Of a stretch of DNA of 64,000 bases, positions 21,401-29,849 are shown one piece after another. Source of the DNA: a bacterium (GTDB lineage Bacteria > Zhuqueibacterota > Zhuqueibacteria > Residuimicrobiales > Krinioviventaceae); NCBI GenBank assembly GCA_963674595.2, contig CAXXFV010000017.1, positions 98,364 to 162,363 of the forward strand, given 5' to 3'. The notes beneath the pieces are model-generated. The model saw only the letters and a list, made by a program, of their open reading frames with translations, was not told where the DNA came from and ran no database searches. Position numbers and translations under genes: made by a program. How positions within the stretch are numbered: position 1 is the first letter of the stretch; every line of letters begins with the position of its first letter.

Positions 21401-22015
21401 GTTTTTGGTTTGGCGGAAGACAGCGAAGAACCGGATTCTTTGCGCGGAATTTTGAGCCATGGAGATAAAATCTCTATTAAAGCAGCTCCGCTTATTTTTT
21501 CAAACCTTTATATTTATACGGAAAATGCATGGCGTATAGACTTTAGCCTTCCCCAGGGTTTAGAGTCATCCCAGCAACGTTTGCCGCAAAAAGGTGATAT
21601 ATATAGCTTTAAAACCGTTAAACCGTTTGACAGAGATGACGTTTTTGAATTTAAAATTGTCGGAGGAGACTATACTCTTGAACGTGCACGCGCACAACTT
21701 GATAATATCTATACCGTCCCGGATCCTTATATAGCCGCCAGTTCGTTGGAACCCCGGCTTGTCAACCAGGATATTGGACGTGGTGAACGTAAAATAGAAT
21801 TTGTAAATCTACCAAAAGAATGTAAAATATCTATTTTTACGGTATCCGGACGTCTCGTTCGTGAACTTTCGCATTCTGCCGGCCAAATAGATGGACGAGA
21901 AGTGTGGGATTTAAGAACAAAAGACGGATTGGAAGTAGCGCATGGTGTTTACTTTTACCATGTAGATGCGCCAAACATCGGGACGAAAATTGGTAAATTA
22001 GCTATTATTAAATAA
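18467..22015 (+). CDS. Large exported TBDR-partner protein with Asp-rich Ca-binding loops, FnIII-like domain and sorting-type C-terminus
   Basis: Signal peptide; DxDxDG-like loops (DFNRNGVLD, DNDLDGMID, DDNGNGVYD, DLNYNGELD); NGRTYYYAV; ends VPDPY...WDL.T..G..VA.GVYFYHV...GKLAIIK. Confidence 0.75.
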   Translation: MKKHKFIKYNKILVLFLFVFACLFNNLYAEDELVKQQYPKDNTQTGNSWQNSRDFSSSLFKTQAEELGLQKYVRLSKHDGNLVETGWVNQGQLANGYISGPSWPMIWPRGSGTEYGYVFVFLVAGEVVDAHGDVIHIVSDRFHRVSGSSSEQSTDKSHWWDFKPLPKYFNNHHPSSTDWDISGISEDVGMDGYPNTNDIGEGDGELQQGEDFNRNGVLDLDMINVAEWAAMSHLPETWPTYWPAQSYEGDDRAIGEERPGPCAGRWNGEYGYFIRASQESYYVMDDRENDEFDYYPFNLPGTDTPDSRPWPDGRRGLGITVEVRNYQWVARLAEDILISIYDITNYGKKLNKCVVGMYGDVDVGGTSSGDDADFDVVDDITYIWDKSGLSNHGLPTGYFGFAFLESPGLSGDKKDNDLDGMIDESQYNLDDEDMDWRIWQDDNGNGVYDTEDLNYNGELDAGEDTNGNNKLDWELVWDDVGSDGIGPDDEGYPGPDANGTEANGIPDQGEPNFGKTDNDESDQVGLTSWYLKRVDNRVANDEELWEVELIPGTFAIGEDYSGDVAFSYGSGYIEIEPGVDGTQRYAIACLFGNDEMDIFRNKRTMQKIYDSDYNFSKPPRLPIVTAIPSSKKVVLMWDDGSEKSKDPIYGRDFEMYKIYKSTDPNFSDIKTISDAFGNPLLYEPVAQYDLVDGLVGPHPIPIGGTGEDDGLDLGVAYDMGTDSGLRHTFVDTNLTNGRTYYYAVVGVDKGYNHDFYERGLSDKDNLAPNSPTECSSIIQVDALGRPVFIDRNCAVIVPVEPAAGYMEPRTENGLEHISGDGTGSISLQIIIPDSVRNDHTYQLVFKDDAAIEEFDEAYPTGYTEGAWLIDLTENDTLLTPSIKYDQGVFEDLILTGFRLKIENDDSIAVSWSGWERGRSNISGEPQGYAQQTRAIPRDYRITVGDVGIDTSYSQVPGRALLTNFTVEDVTDPDSVFKAVFGLAEDSEEPDSLRGILSHGDKISIKAAPLIFSNLYIYTENAWRIDFSLPQGLESSQQRLPQKGDIYSFKTVKPFDRDDVFEFKIVGGDYTLERARAQLDNIYTVPDPYIAASSLEPRLVNQDIGRGERKIEFVNLPKECKISIFTVSGRLVRELSHSAGQIDGREVWDLRTKDGLEVAHGVYFYHVDAPNIGTKIGKLAIIK

Positions 22016-22038
22016 GTTCAAGATTATTGGAGCTGATA

Positions 22039-23097
22039 ATGTATAAAAAAACTATAAAGTATATATTTTTGCTCGTTTTGAATATTTCGTTCATTCAAAA
22101 TGTTGTTGCCGGAGAGGGAGATAATGTTCCCCCGTTTATTACAGATGTATCCAATGTTGGAACAAGTGCTGCTGCATTTTTGGAAATTGGTGTTGGTGCC
22201 CGCGCTATGGCTATGGGGGGCGCTTATGCTGCCCTGGCAAACGATGCAAGCGGTATTTACTGGAACCCGGCCGGAATTGCCTGGTCTACAGGAATGCAGG
22301 CAGAGCTGATGCATACGGAATGGTTGGCTGAAACAAATTTCGACTTTGTTGGAATTGTTGCACCTATTCCGGCTATTCGTTCTACCATCGGAATTGCTTT
22401 AACAAATATGGACTATGGTGAAAACCCTGTTCGAACCGTAGAACGCCCTGAAGGAACCGGTGAAATGTGGTCTGCACGTGATATGGCCATTTATGTAAGT
22501 TATGCTATGGCGCTAACAGACCGGTTCTCTTTTGGACTTTCAGGTAAATATATCTCTCAAAGAATATGGAGTGAAACCGGAAGCGCAATCGCAATGGATG
22601 TTGGTGTTTTTTACAACACCATGCTCAAAGGACTAAGATTGGGCGCTTGTATATCCAACTTTGGTTCAGAGATCCAGTTATCCGGCCGGCACCTGACAGT
22701 CACTCATGATATCGACGAGTTAAATTCAAATTTTGACAGGGTTCCTGCTGATTTAAAAACAGGGTCCTATGATTTACCATTATTATTCAGAGTTGGCCTT
22801 TCCTATGAAACCGGCATTGGCCAGTTTGGTAAAGCCGTTTTTGCAGTTGATGTAAATCATCCCAGCAATGCTACGGAAAGTGTGAATATAGGCGCCGAGT
22901 ATGGATTTGGTAATATGTTTTTTCTGCGCGGCGGTTATGAAAATATGTTTGAAAAAGACAGTATAAACGGACTTACCCTTGGTGGTGGGATCGAATATTT
23001 TAAAGCCGGATCAATGGGATTTCGTTTGGATTACTGCTGGTCTGATTGGGGCATATTAAATAATTCACAAAGAATATCACTAGGTTTGATGTTTTAA
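22039..23097 (+). CDS. PorV/PorQ-family outer-membrane beta-barrel
   Basis: GTSAAAFLEIGVGARAMAMGGA...IYWNPAG; LPLLFRVG; terminal F. Confidence 0.85.
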   Translation: MYKKTIKYIFLLVLNISFIQNVVAGEGDNVPPFITDVSNVGTSAAAFLEIGVGARAMAMGGAYAALANDASGIYWNPAGIAWSTGMQAELMHTEWLAETNFDFVGIVAPIPAIRSTIGIALTNMDYGENPVRTVERPEGTGEMWSARDMAIYVSYAMALTDRFSFGLSGKYISQRIWSETGSAIAMDVGVFYNTMLKGLRLGACISNFGSEIQLSGRHLTVTHDIDELNSNFDRVPADLKTGSYDLPLLFRVGLSYETGIGQFGKAVFAVDVNHPSNATESVNIGAEYGFGNMFFLRGGYENMFEKDSINGLTLGGGIEYFKAGSMGFRLDYCWSDWGILNNSQRISLGLMF

Positions 23098-23151
23098 CAC
23101 AATATTTTAACAACCAGTTATGGACATGCAAGTAAGATTAAATGTAAAGAG

Positions 23152-23161
23152 AGGAGGTGAT
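23152..23161 (+). promoter_or_regulatory. Orphan extended Shine-Dalgarno sequence
   Basis: AGGAGGTGAT, a 10-nt complement of the canonical 16S 3' tail, with no start codon at normal spacing. Confidence 0.45.
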
Positions 23162-23291
23162 AGAGGCTAATTCGTGATTATATTGCTGCATTTTTCAAAA
23201 TAGTGCCAAGATATTTTGAAAAAATTGATTTGTCCTTAGTCCGAAAAACCTGGTAACAGGTTAAATTTTATTTACGTTAAAGGAGAAAGTT

Positions 23292-26200
23292 ATGCAGAAA
23301 CTAATCTTTAGATCTTTGAGTACTATGCTCATTGTATTACTTGCCTTTTCCATTAGTTTTGCGCAGGGAGACATAGCGGAAGTCGAAAACAACAACTACT
23401 TTGCAAATGCAATGCCTGTTGATATTACCACTCGTGAAATAACAGAGTTGGACTGTAATTTTTCAGCACTGGAAGATATTGACATTTATATGGTCGAACT
23501 CAGCACAGACAGTATCTACCATTTTTATTCAGATTCTTCTGATATTATGGGTGATACACATGTTGAACTTTATTTCGGTGGTGATACAACAACAAACATA
23601 CTAAGTGCCAGTCCTGATGGCCGTGGTTGGCAAAATAATTTTCGAATTGCAGGATGGTCTCCTCAGGAATATGGTTCCGGAACTTATTACATCAAAGTCA
23701 ATTCACCTGATCAGATTACTGCCCCATATACCGGAGATTATAAAATTCGTTTAATTTCCCAAAATCTGGATTATTGGGCCAATCTCCATGAACCTGATAA
23801 TTCATTCCAGCAGGCATTCGGTCAATTTACACTTCCGGTTGATGGTTCAAGATTTTATGGAATGTGTTTTAATTTAGATGATTTACCAACCGGTAAAGAT
23901 GATATTGATATCTTTTATATGGTTGGTGAAACCGGAAAACGACTTTGGGTTGAAACCGAACCCGTTCAGGGTTACCCCCATACCCGTGATATGGATAGCA
24001 AAATTTATGTCTACGATGGTGATGGAAATGAATTGTTAGCAAACAATGATGACAAGAGTAACCAGGAAGAAGATTTTGGTTCAAACAATGTATTTTCTCT
24101 CGCCGTTATAGATAGTCTGCCCTATGATGGTCTTTACTATGTTATTATGACCAGTTTTTATGCTGCTTACAATAACAGCGGTGTTTCCCAACACAGTGAC
24201 TCAGACCCGTCAACCGGTGGTTATGTTGCCTATTCATGGATGGGTGAAACAAAAACAGAAATAGAGCCAAATGACGATGCTGCTAATGCAACACCACTAT
24301 GTGAAGGTATTACCGGTGTCCAAATGGGCGGCGACAATAATTTGGTTATTGATGCCAGTTTGTCCAGTGATAGTGATGTAGATTGGTATGCCTTTAATCT
24401 GAAAACAACAAAGATGTATACCTTTAATACCGCCAATTCATCAGTTGGTGGTGATATGAAACTGGAAGTCTATAACAAAAAAGATCTTTCAACAAATCTT
24501 ATTGACGATGCTGTTAATGGTCGTTATAATTCTAATGATTTTAGACTTTCTGGTTGGATTCCTCCTGAAAATGGCATATATTTGTTTAAGGTCTCCGGTG
24601 GTTGGGGTGCTGTCGGTGGAGACAACACAGGTGAATATCAATTTCGTATGGGCTGGGTAACCTGGGCAAAAACAGCTCAATTTGGTGAACCCGGTAACGA
24701 TACTCAAACACAATGGACGAATCCTGAAAAAAGTATTTATTATGGTGTTGGAGCTAATACAAATGAAGTCAAGTTTGATTCAAGTATGACCTATGCAACA
24801 ATATATCCTGCTGATGATGTTGACTGGTACTGGTTTGAAGGTGAAGCCGGTGACATTATTGATGCTGAACTTTTCAGCGCCATGGATTGGGATGGTTCCT
24901 GGCATCGTGATTTCGATACCAAAATGACACTTGTTGATCCTAATGGCGAATCTGTAGAAAATGATGATTATCGTCCTGGCGATGAAAGTTATGCCGGCAA
25001 TACTTTTTCTGCTGTTAAAGGATATGTCTTGAAAGAAACCGGAACTGTGTGGATTAAAGTTGACAGTTATTACAGCGGTGCTGATGCTGATTTTGGCAGC
25101 CCGGCAATCGGTGCTTATCGTTTAATCGTTTATTCTTCTGCAGCAGCTCCTGAATTTGCCGAAAAGGAAAAAAATGATACGTTCCCACTGGCAATGCCTG
25201 TTCCTGAAGATAAAGATGTTCTTTGTAAATTTTCAAGTGCTTCAGACGTTGATATTTTTGCTTTCGAAATGTCTACGGATAGAATGTATTTTATCAATTC
25301 CTATGAAGATCAGTTAGGTGCAGATACTCATGCCGAATTGTTTGCTGCTTCTGATACCTCTACAAACGTATTGGATGGAAGTATTGACGGAAGATATCAT
25401 GGCAATAGTTTCCGGCTTTCAGGTTTTATCCCTGCTGAAAACGGCACTTATTATTTGAAATTAACCAACAGCTCTCCCGGATTAGGAAGCTATAAATTAC
25501 GTGCCCGAAGCTCTGAAATTGCTACCTTGGGCTCATTCCACGAACCGGACAATACCTTCGCACAAGCAGATGCTATGGGTGATTTGCCGTTGGATGCTGT
25601 TACAAAAACAGGTGCCTTATATAACGCTGCTGATCCGAAATTTGAAAATGATATGGATATCTATCGTATTCAATGTACAGCCGGTCAAATGCTTTCCGCT
25701 CAATTATTACCGGTTGGCGGTGAAACATGGGACCGTGATACAGATACGATTATGATGCTTGTGGATGTTGCCGGCGATACCGTAGCTGATAATGATGACG
25801 CGACTGGCACTTATTCAACAGTTAATTATGAAGTAGCCCAATCCGGTACACATTATATATTGGTTACAGGTTACTATAGTTCACACAATGGTGAAGAAGC
25901 AAACAGCCGTAACCCCGGTGTTGGTGATTATTTACTCAAAGTATCAGGAAATATGACGGAAACAGAACCAAATAACTCGGCCGAAACAGCCAACCTGATA
26001 CCCATTTCAAATAATAACTTGATCGATGCTTCATTTTCAACCGAAGATTTGGAAGACTGGTTTAAGGTGGAACTCGAAACAGGAAAATACTATTACTTTA
26101 ACTCGGCAGACTCTAAAGTTGGTCAGAATATTCAGGTAGAAGTTTATTCTCAAGATAACCCAACAACAAACCTGGTTGATAATTCCCTGTTTGGTCGATT

Positions 26201-27116
26201 TGGCAGTAGTGATTTTAGACTGAGTGGTTGGACTCCACCAACTACAGGTACTTATTTATTAAAACTTTTTGTTGACATTAGTGCAATAAATGATCAAAAT
26301 ATTGGAACCTATAAATTAAGAGCTGCCGGTGGCGAAGTTATATCCGAAGTTGCACCGTTGCACGAACCGGATGATTCTCGTGCCCAGGCAGACGGTCAGG
26401 CTTTTCTGCCGACAGATGGTACCCAGGTTCTTGCTTGTTTTGACACAAATGATGATCATGACATGTTTGCTTTTCAGGGTACTGAAGGATATTCTGCTGA
26501 AGTTATCCTTGCACCTTCACATGGACCTCGCTGGATTAGAGAGTTCGATACAAAACTGACCCTCTTTAACCAAGATAGTTCATCAATGGGTTCCAATGAT
26601 GATTGGGACGACTGGTATGAATTGAATTTCTATATGGGTGAAGTCAGCAACACCTATTCCAGAGTCTACTATGAATCATTACCTTACACAGGTACCTACT
26701 ATGCGGATGCATTCCCATACTATGGAACTTATAATGGTAAAGAAGCAACAATTGGAAACAATGCAACAGGAACATATCTTATCTCTGTAAATGTACAAGG
26801 ACCGACGAGTGTTGAGGAGGAAGATGCTTTACCAAGAGAATTTGCCTTGGATCAAAACTTTCCAAACCCGTTTAATCCTGTTACAACCATCCAATATCGT
26901 TTAAAAGAACCTGTACATGTTAATATTACAATCTATAACATTATGGGACAAAAAGTAAGAACGTTGGTGGATGTAAAACAAAATACCGGCAGCTATGCCA
27001 TTCAATGGAATTCAGTGGATGACTTTGGTCAACATGTAGCTAGCGGATTGTATTTTTATCGAATCCAGGCCGGTGACAAATTTGTAAAAACAAACAAAAT
27101 GATACTTATGAAATAA
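23292..27116 (+). CDS. Secreted multi-module protein: eight PPC-like domains plus FlgD/T9SS-type C-terminal domain
   Basis: Signal peptide; repeated (E/H)EP(N/D)(N/D) and D.D.(Y/F) motifs; FALDQNFPNPFNP...ASGLYFYRI...KMILMK. Confidence 0.8.
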   Translation: MQKLIFRSLSTMLIVLLAFSISFAQGDIAEVENNNYFANAMPVDITTREITELDCNFSALEDIDIYMVELSTDSIYHFYSDSSDIMGDTHVELYFGGDTTTNILSASPDGRGWQNNFRIAGWSPQEYGSGTYYIKVNSPDQITAPYTGDYKIRLISQNLDYWANLHEPDNSFQQAFGQFTLPVDGSRFYGMCFNLDDLPTGKDDIDIFYMVGETGKRLWVETEPVQGYPHTRDMDSKIYVYDGDGNELLANNDDKSNQEEDFGSNNVFSLAVIDSLPYDGLYYVIMTSFYAAYNNSGVSQHSDSDPSTGGYVAYSWMGETKTEIEPNDDAANATPLCEGITGVQMGGDNNLVIDASLSSDSDVDWYAFNLKTTKMYTFNTANSSVGGDMKLEVYNKKDLSTNLIDDAVNGRYNSNDFRLSGWIPPENGIYLFKVSGGWGAVGGDNTGEYQFRMGWVTWAKTAQFGEPGNDTQTQWTNPEKSIYYGVGANTNEVKFDSSMTYATIYPADDVDWYWFEGEAGDIIDAELFSAMDWDGSWHRDFDTKMTLVDPNGESVENDDYRPGDESYAGNTFSAVKGYVLKETGTVWIKVDSYYSGADADFGSPAIGAYRLIVYSSAAAPEFAEKEKNDTFPLAMPVPEDKDVLCKFSSASDVDIFAFEMSTDRMYFINSYEDQLGADTHAELFAASDTSTNVLDGSIDGRYHGNSFRLSGFIPAENGTYYLKLTNSSPGLGSYKLRARSSEIATLGSFHEPDNTFAQADAMGDLPLDAVTKTGALYNAADPKFENDMDIYRIQCTAGQMLSAQLLPVGGETWDRDTDTIMMLVDVAGDTVADNDDATGTYSTVNYEVAQSGTHYILVTGYYSSHNGEEANSRNPGVGDYLLKVSGNMTETEPNNSAETANLIPISNNNLIDASFSTEDLEDWFKVELETGKYYYFNSADSKVGQNIQVEVYSQDNPTTNLVDNSLFGRFGSSDFRLSGWTPPTTGTYLLKLFVDISAINDQNIGTYKLRAAGGEVISEVAPLHEPDDSRAQADGQAFLPTDGTQVLACFDTNDDHDMFAFQGTEGYSAEVILAPSHGPRWIREFDTKLTLFNQDSSSMGSNDDWDDWYELNFYMGEVSNTYSRVYYESLPYTGTYYADAFPYYGTYNGKEATIGNNATGTYLISVNVQGPTSVEEEDALPREFALDQNFPNPFNPVTTIQYRLKEPVHVNITIYNIMGQKVRTLVDVKQNTGSYAIQWNSVDDFGQHVASGLYFYRIQAGDKFVKTNKMILMK

Positions 27117-27122
27117 TTCGTA

Positions 27123-27148
27123 ATCCCCGGCGTTTCGGCGCCGGGGAT
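27123..27148 (+). other. Stable GC stem-loop without U-tract (mRNA 3' protection or partial terminator)
   Basis: ATCCCCGGCG-TTTCGG-CGCCGGGGAT. Confidence 0.65.
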
Positions 27149-27166
27149 ATAATTTTAATTTCACTA

Positions 27167-28567
27167 TTGGATAATTACATGTTAGGACTCTCTGAAAAAA
27201 TCTACGATTTTGCTGTTATTGGTGCTGGTGTTGTTGGTACTGCTATCACGCGGGAGCTGTCACACTATCATAAAAATGTTGTTTTGATAGAAGCTGAAAA
27301 CGATATCGGAACAGGTACTAGTAAGGCTAACACGTCTATTTGGCATACCGGTTATGATGCAAAACCCGGTACTCTTGAAGCACAACTTTTAACTCGAAGC
27401 TATGAACTATTAAAAGATTATGTTGAGCTTGCCGGTATACCTAATGAACGTTTGGGTGCCGTACTTGTAGCCTGGAATGAAGATCAGTTTAATGCTTTGC
27501 CTCAAATTGTGGAAAAAGCTCACAGAAACGGCGTAACAGATGTGGAACAAATCAGCGTTGAAAAAGTTTATGAACTAGAACCCGGTATTAATAAAAATGC
27601 TCTTGGAGGCATAATTGTACCAGGTGAATCTATTATTTGTACCTATTCGCTGCCTTTAGCAATGGGTTATGACGCTGTTTTAAACGATGCAGAAATTATT
27701 CGTGGTTTTAGAGTCGATACAATTGATAAACAGGAAGATTTTTATTCGATAAAATCAAACGGTAATGAGATTAAAAGTAAATATGTGATAAACTGTGCCG
27801 GATTATTTTCAGATAAAATTGATAATATGCTGGGTCACCAACGGTTTACTGTAACACCCAGAAGGGGGGAACTCATAGTTTTTGATAAACTGGCCAGTTC
27901 CCTTGTCAACCACATTCTTTTACCCATACCAACATCCATAACCAAAGGTGTTTTGGTTAGCCCAACTGTTTTTGGAAATATTATGCTTGGCCCGACTGCT
28001 GAAGACCTTGATGATAAAACAAATAAAGGTACAAGCGAGCAGGGAATTGAATCGTTATGGGCTAAAGGTGAGCAAATCGTCTCGCCCCTATTAAAAGAAC
28101 AAGTTACGGCAACATACGCCGGTTTACGTGCTGCAACGGAACATAGTGATTATCAATTATTTTTTCATCCGGAACAAAATTATATTTGTGTTGGTGGAAT
28201 ACGATCAACAGGTGTTTCGTCTTGCCTTGGTATTGCGGAATATGTTCGAAACCATTTGAATGAATTAAATATGTTGGGACCTGTTAAACAAGATATAAAA
28301 TCCTGCAAAGTGCCAAAAATTGGTGAACACAATATCAGACCCTATCAGGATGCTGAGATGATTAAAAAAGATCCTGACTTTGGACGTATAATCTGCCACT
28401 GTGAACGTGTAACGTTAGGTGAAATAAAGGAAACTTTTAACGCCCCTGTTCCGGCAGTTGATTTTGAAGGAATCAAGAGACGAACCCGATGTTCTCAGGG
28501 ACGGTGTCAGGGATTTCATTGTCAAGCAGATATCTACTCTATTTTAGAGAATTATAATAAAAATTAG
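27167..28567 (+). CDS. FAD-dependent oxidoreductase, GlpA/LhgO-like, with C-terminal BFD-like [2Fe-2S] domain
   Basis: IGAGVVG, GTSKAN..HTG.D, GPTAED, AGLR, GIRSTG; CHCE...RRTRC..GRCQG.HC. Confidence 0.85.
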   Translation: MDNYMLGLSEKIYDFAVIGAGVVGTAITRELSHYHKNVVLIEAENDIGTGTSKANTSIWHTGYDAKPGTLEAQLLTRSYELLKDYVELAGIPNERLGAVLVAWNEDQFNALPQIVEKAHRNGVTDVEQISVEKVYELEPGINKNALGGIIVPGESIICTYSLPLAMGYDAVLNDAEIIRGFRVDTIDKQEDFYSIKSNGNEIKSKYVINCAGLFSDKIDNMLGHQRFTVTPRRGELIVFDKLASSLVNHILLPIPTSITKGVLVSPTVFGNIMLGPTAEDLDDKTNKGTSEQGIESLWAKGEQIVSPLLKEQVTATYAGLRAATEHSDYQLFFHPEQNYICVGGIRSTGVSSCLGIAEYVRNHLNELNMLGPVKQDIKSCKVPKIGEHNIRPYQDAEMIKKDPDFGRIICHCERVTLGEIKETFNAPVPAVDFEGIKRRTRCSQGRCQGFHCQADIYSILENYNKN

Positions 28568-28592
28568 TTATTTGGCAGGAGAATAATATAAA

Positions 28593-29834
28593 ATGTCTAT
28601 AATGGAAACAACAGTTCTTATAATAGGTGCGGGGCCGGCCGGTCTGGCAGCCGCGCAGGAATTAACAAAACAAGGTAAAAAAGTAATTGTTATTGACCGT
28701 GAAAAATTTGCTGGTGGCTTTCCACGATATTGCCATCATCAGGGATTTGGACTGCGCGATGTCCACTTTTCATTTTCCGGTCCGTCTTATTCAGCGCATT
28801 ATGTAAAAAAATCTGAAAAGCTTGGAATAAATATCCTTACTGAAACAACAGCCATATCCTGGGAAGATGATAACACTGTTTTAACTTCCAGTCCCAATGG
28901 GTTGGCAAAAATTAAAGCAGATGCAATATTGATTGCAACCGGTTGTCGGGAAAAACCTCGTGCTGCACGGCTTGTGCCTGGTTCACGTCCCTTTGGTGTT
29001 TATACTACCGGGTCACTTCAGGACTTTGTACATGAATATCATAAACCTGTCGGCAATAAGGTTGTCATTGTTGGTGCCGAACTTGTCAGTTTGTCCGCCA
29101 TTGCTACTGTAAAAAAAGCAAAAGGTAAGGTCAAGTGCCTGGTTACCGAACATGAAAAACATCAGGCTTATTTTCCCTATTCTCTGTACAAATTTTATAC
29201 GGCAACATTGAATAATATTCCTGTATATACTAAAACAAAACTGACAAACATTATCGGCAACAAGAAAATTGAAGCGGTTGAAATTTTAAATTTACAGGAT
29301 AATACAACAAAAACTATTGATTGTGATGCTTTGGTATTTACTGGTGGATGGATTCCCGACCACGAGTTTTCCAGACTGGGAGGACTCGAAATAGATCCGT
29401 TTACCAACGGTCCGTCTGTTGATAATAATCTCAAAACATCTAAAAAAGGTGTTTTTGCAGCCGGAAACGTATTAAGAGGTGCGGAAACAGCAGATATTGC
29501 CGCCCTTGAAGGAAAATTTGTAGCTCAAAATATTCTTAATTATTTGGACTCTAAAACCTGGGAAGCTGACACCGCCCATGTTGATAAAGACGAGTCTATG
29601 GAATGGGTATTTCCTCAACAGATTAACACAAATGATTCATCCAGACTGCCGTTAAATTGTCTTATGTTTCGGGTTAATCATTTTATTAAAAATGCAAATC
29701 TGAAGGTCTATCAAAAAAATAAATTGCTTTATTCCAAAGAATTTAATACTTTAGGGCCAAATTTATCCTTTAAGGTTAAGGGATCATGGCTATCAGAGCT
29801 GTCTGCTGAACCGATAACATTTAAAATTAATTGA
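28593..29834 (+). CDS. NAD(P)/FAD-dependent pyridine nucleotide-disulfide oxidoreductase, usual partner of the GlpA-like subunit
   Basis: IGAGPAGL, C.H.GFG, ATGCRE.PR, PGSRP.GVYT.G, GVFAAGNVL. Confidence 0.85.
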   Translation: MSIMETTVLIIGAGPAGLAAAQELTKQGKKVIVIDREKFAGGFPRYCHHQGFGLRDVHFSFSGPSYSAHYVKKSEKLGINILTETTAISWEDDNTVLTSSPNGLAKIKADAILIATGCREKPRAARLVPGSRPFGVYTTGSLQDFVHEYHKPVGNKVVIVGAELVSLSAIATVKKAKGKVKCLVTEHEKHQAYFPYSLYKFYTATLNNIPVYTKTKLTNIIGNKKIEAVEILNLQDNTTKTIDCDALVFTGGWIPDHEFSRLGGLEIDPFTNGPSVDNNLKTSKKGVFAAGNVLRGAETADIAALEGKFVAQNILNYLDSKTWEADTAHVDKDESMEWVFPQQINTNDSSRLPLNCLMFRVNHFIKNANLKVYQKNKLLYSKEFNTLGPNLSFKVKGSWLSELSAEPITFKIN

Positions 29835-29849
29835 TAATATGGGTAGTTT

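Noticed and set aside
23120-23170. 16-aa ORF MDMQVRLNVKRGGDRG
   Set aside because: No RBS, and its RGGD residues are simply the translation of the orphan SD sequence
27167-28567. Assigning the symbol glpA or lhgO
   Set aside because: Family is clear but substrate is not, and no glpK/glpF/glpBC context is present
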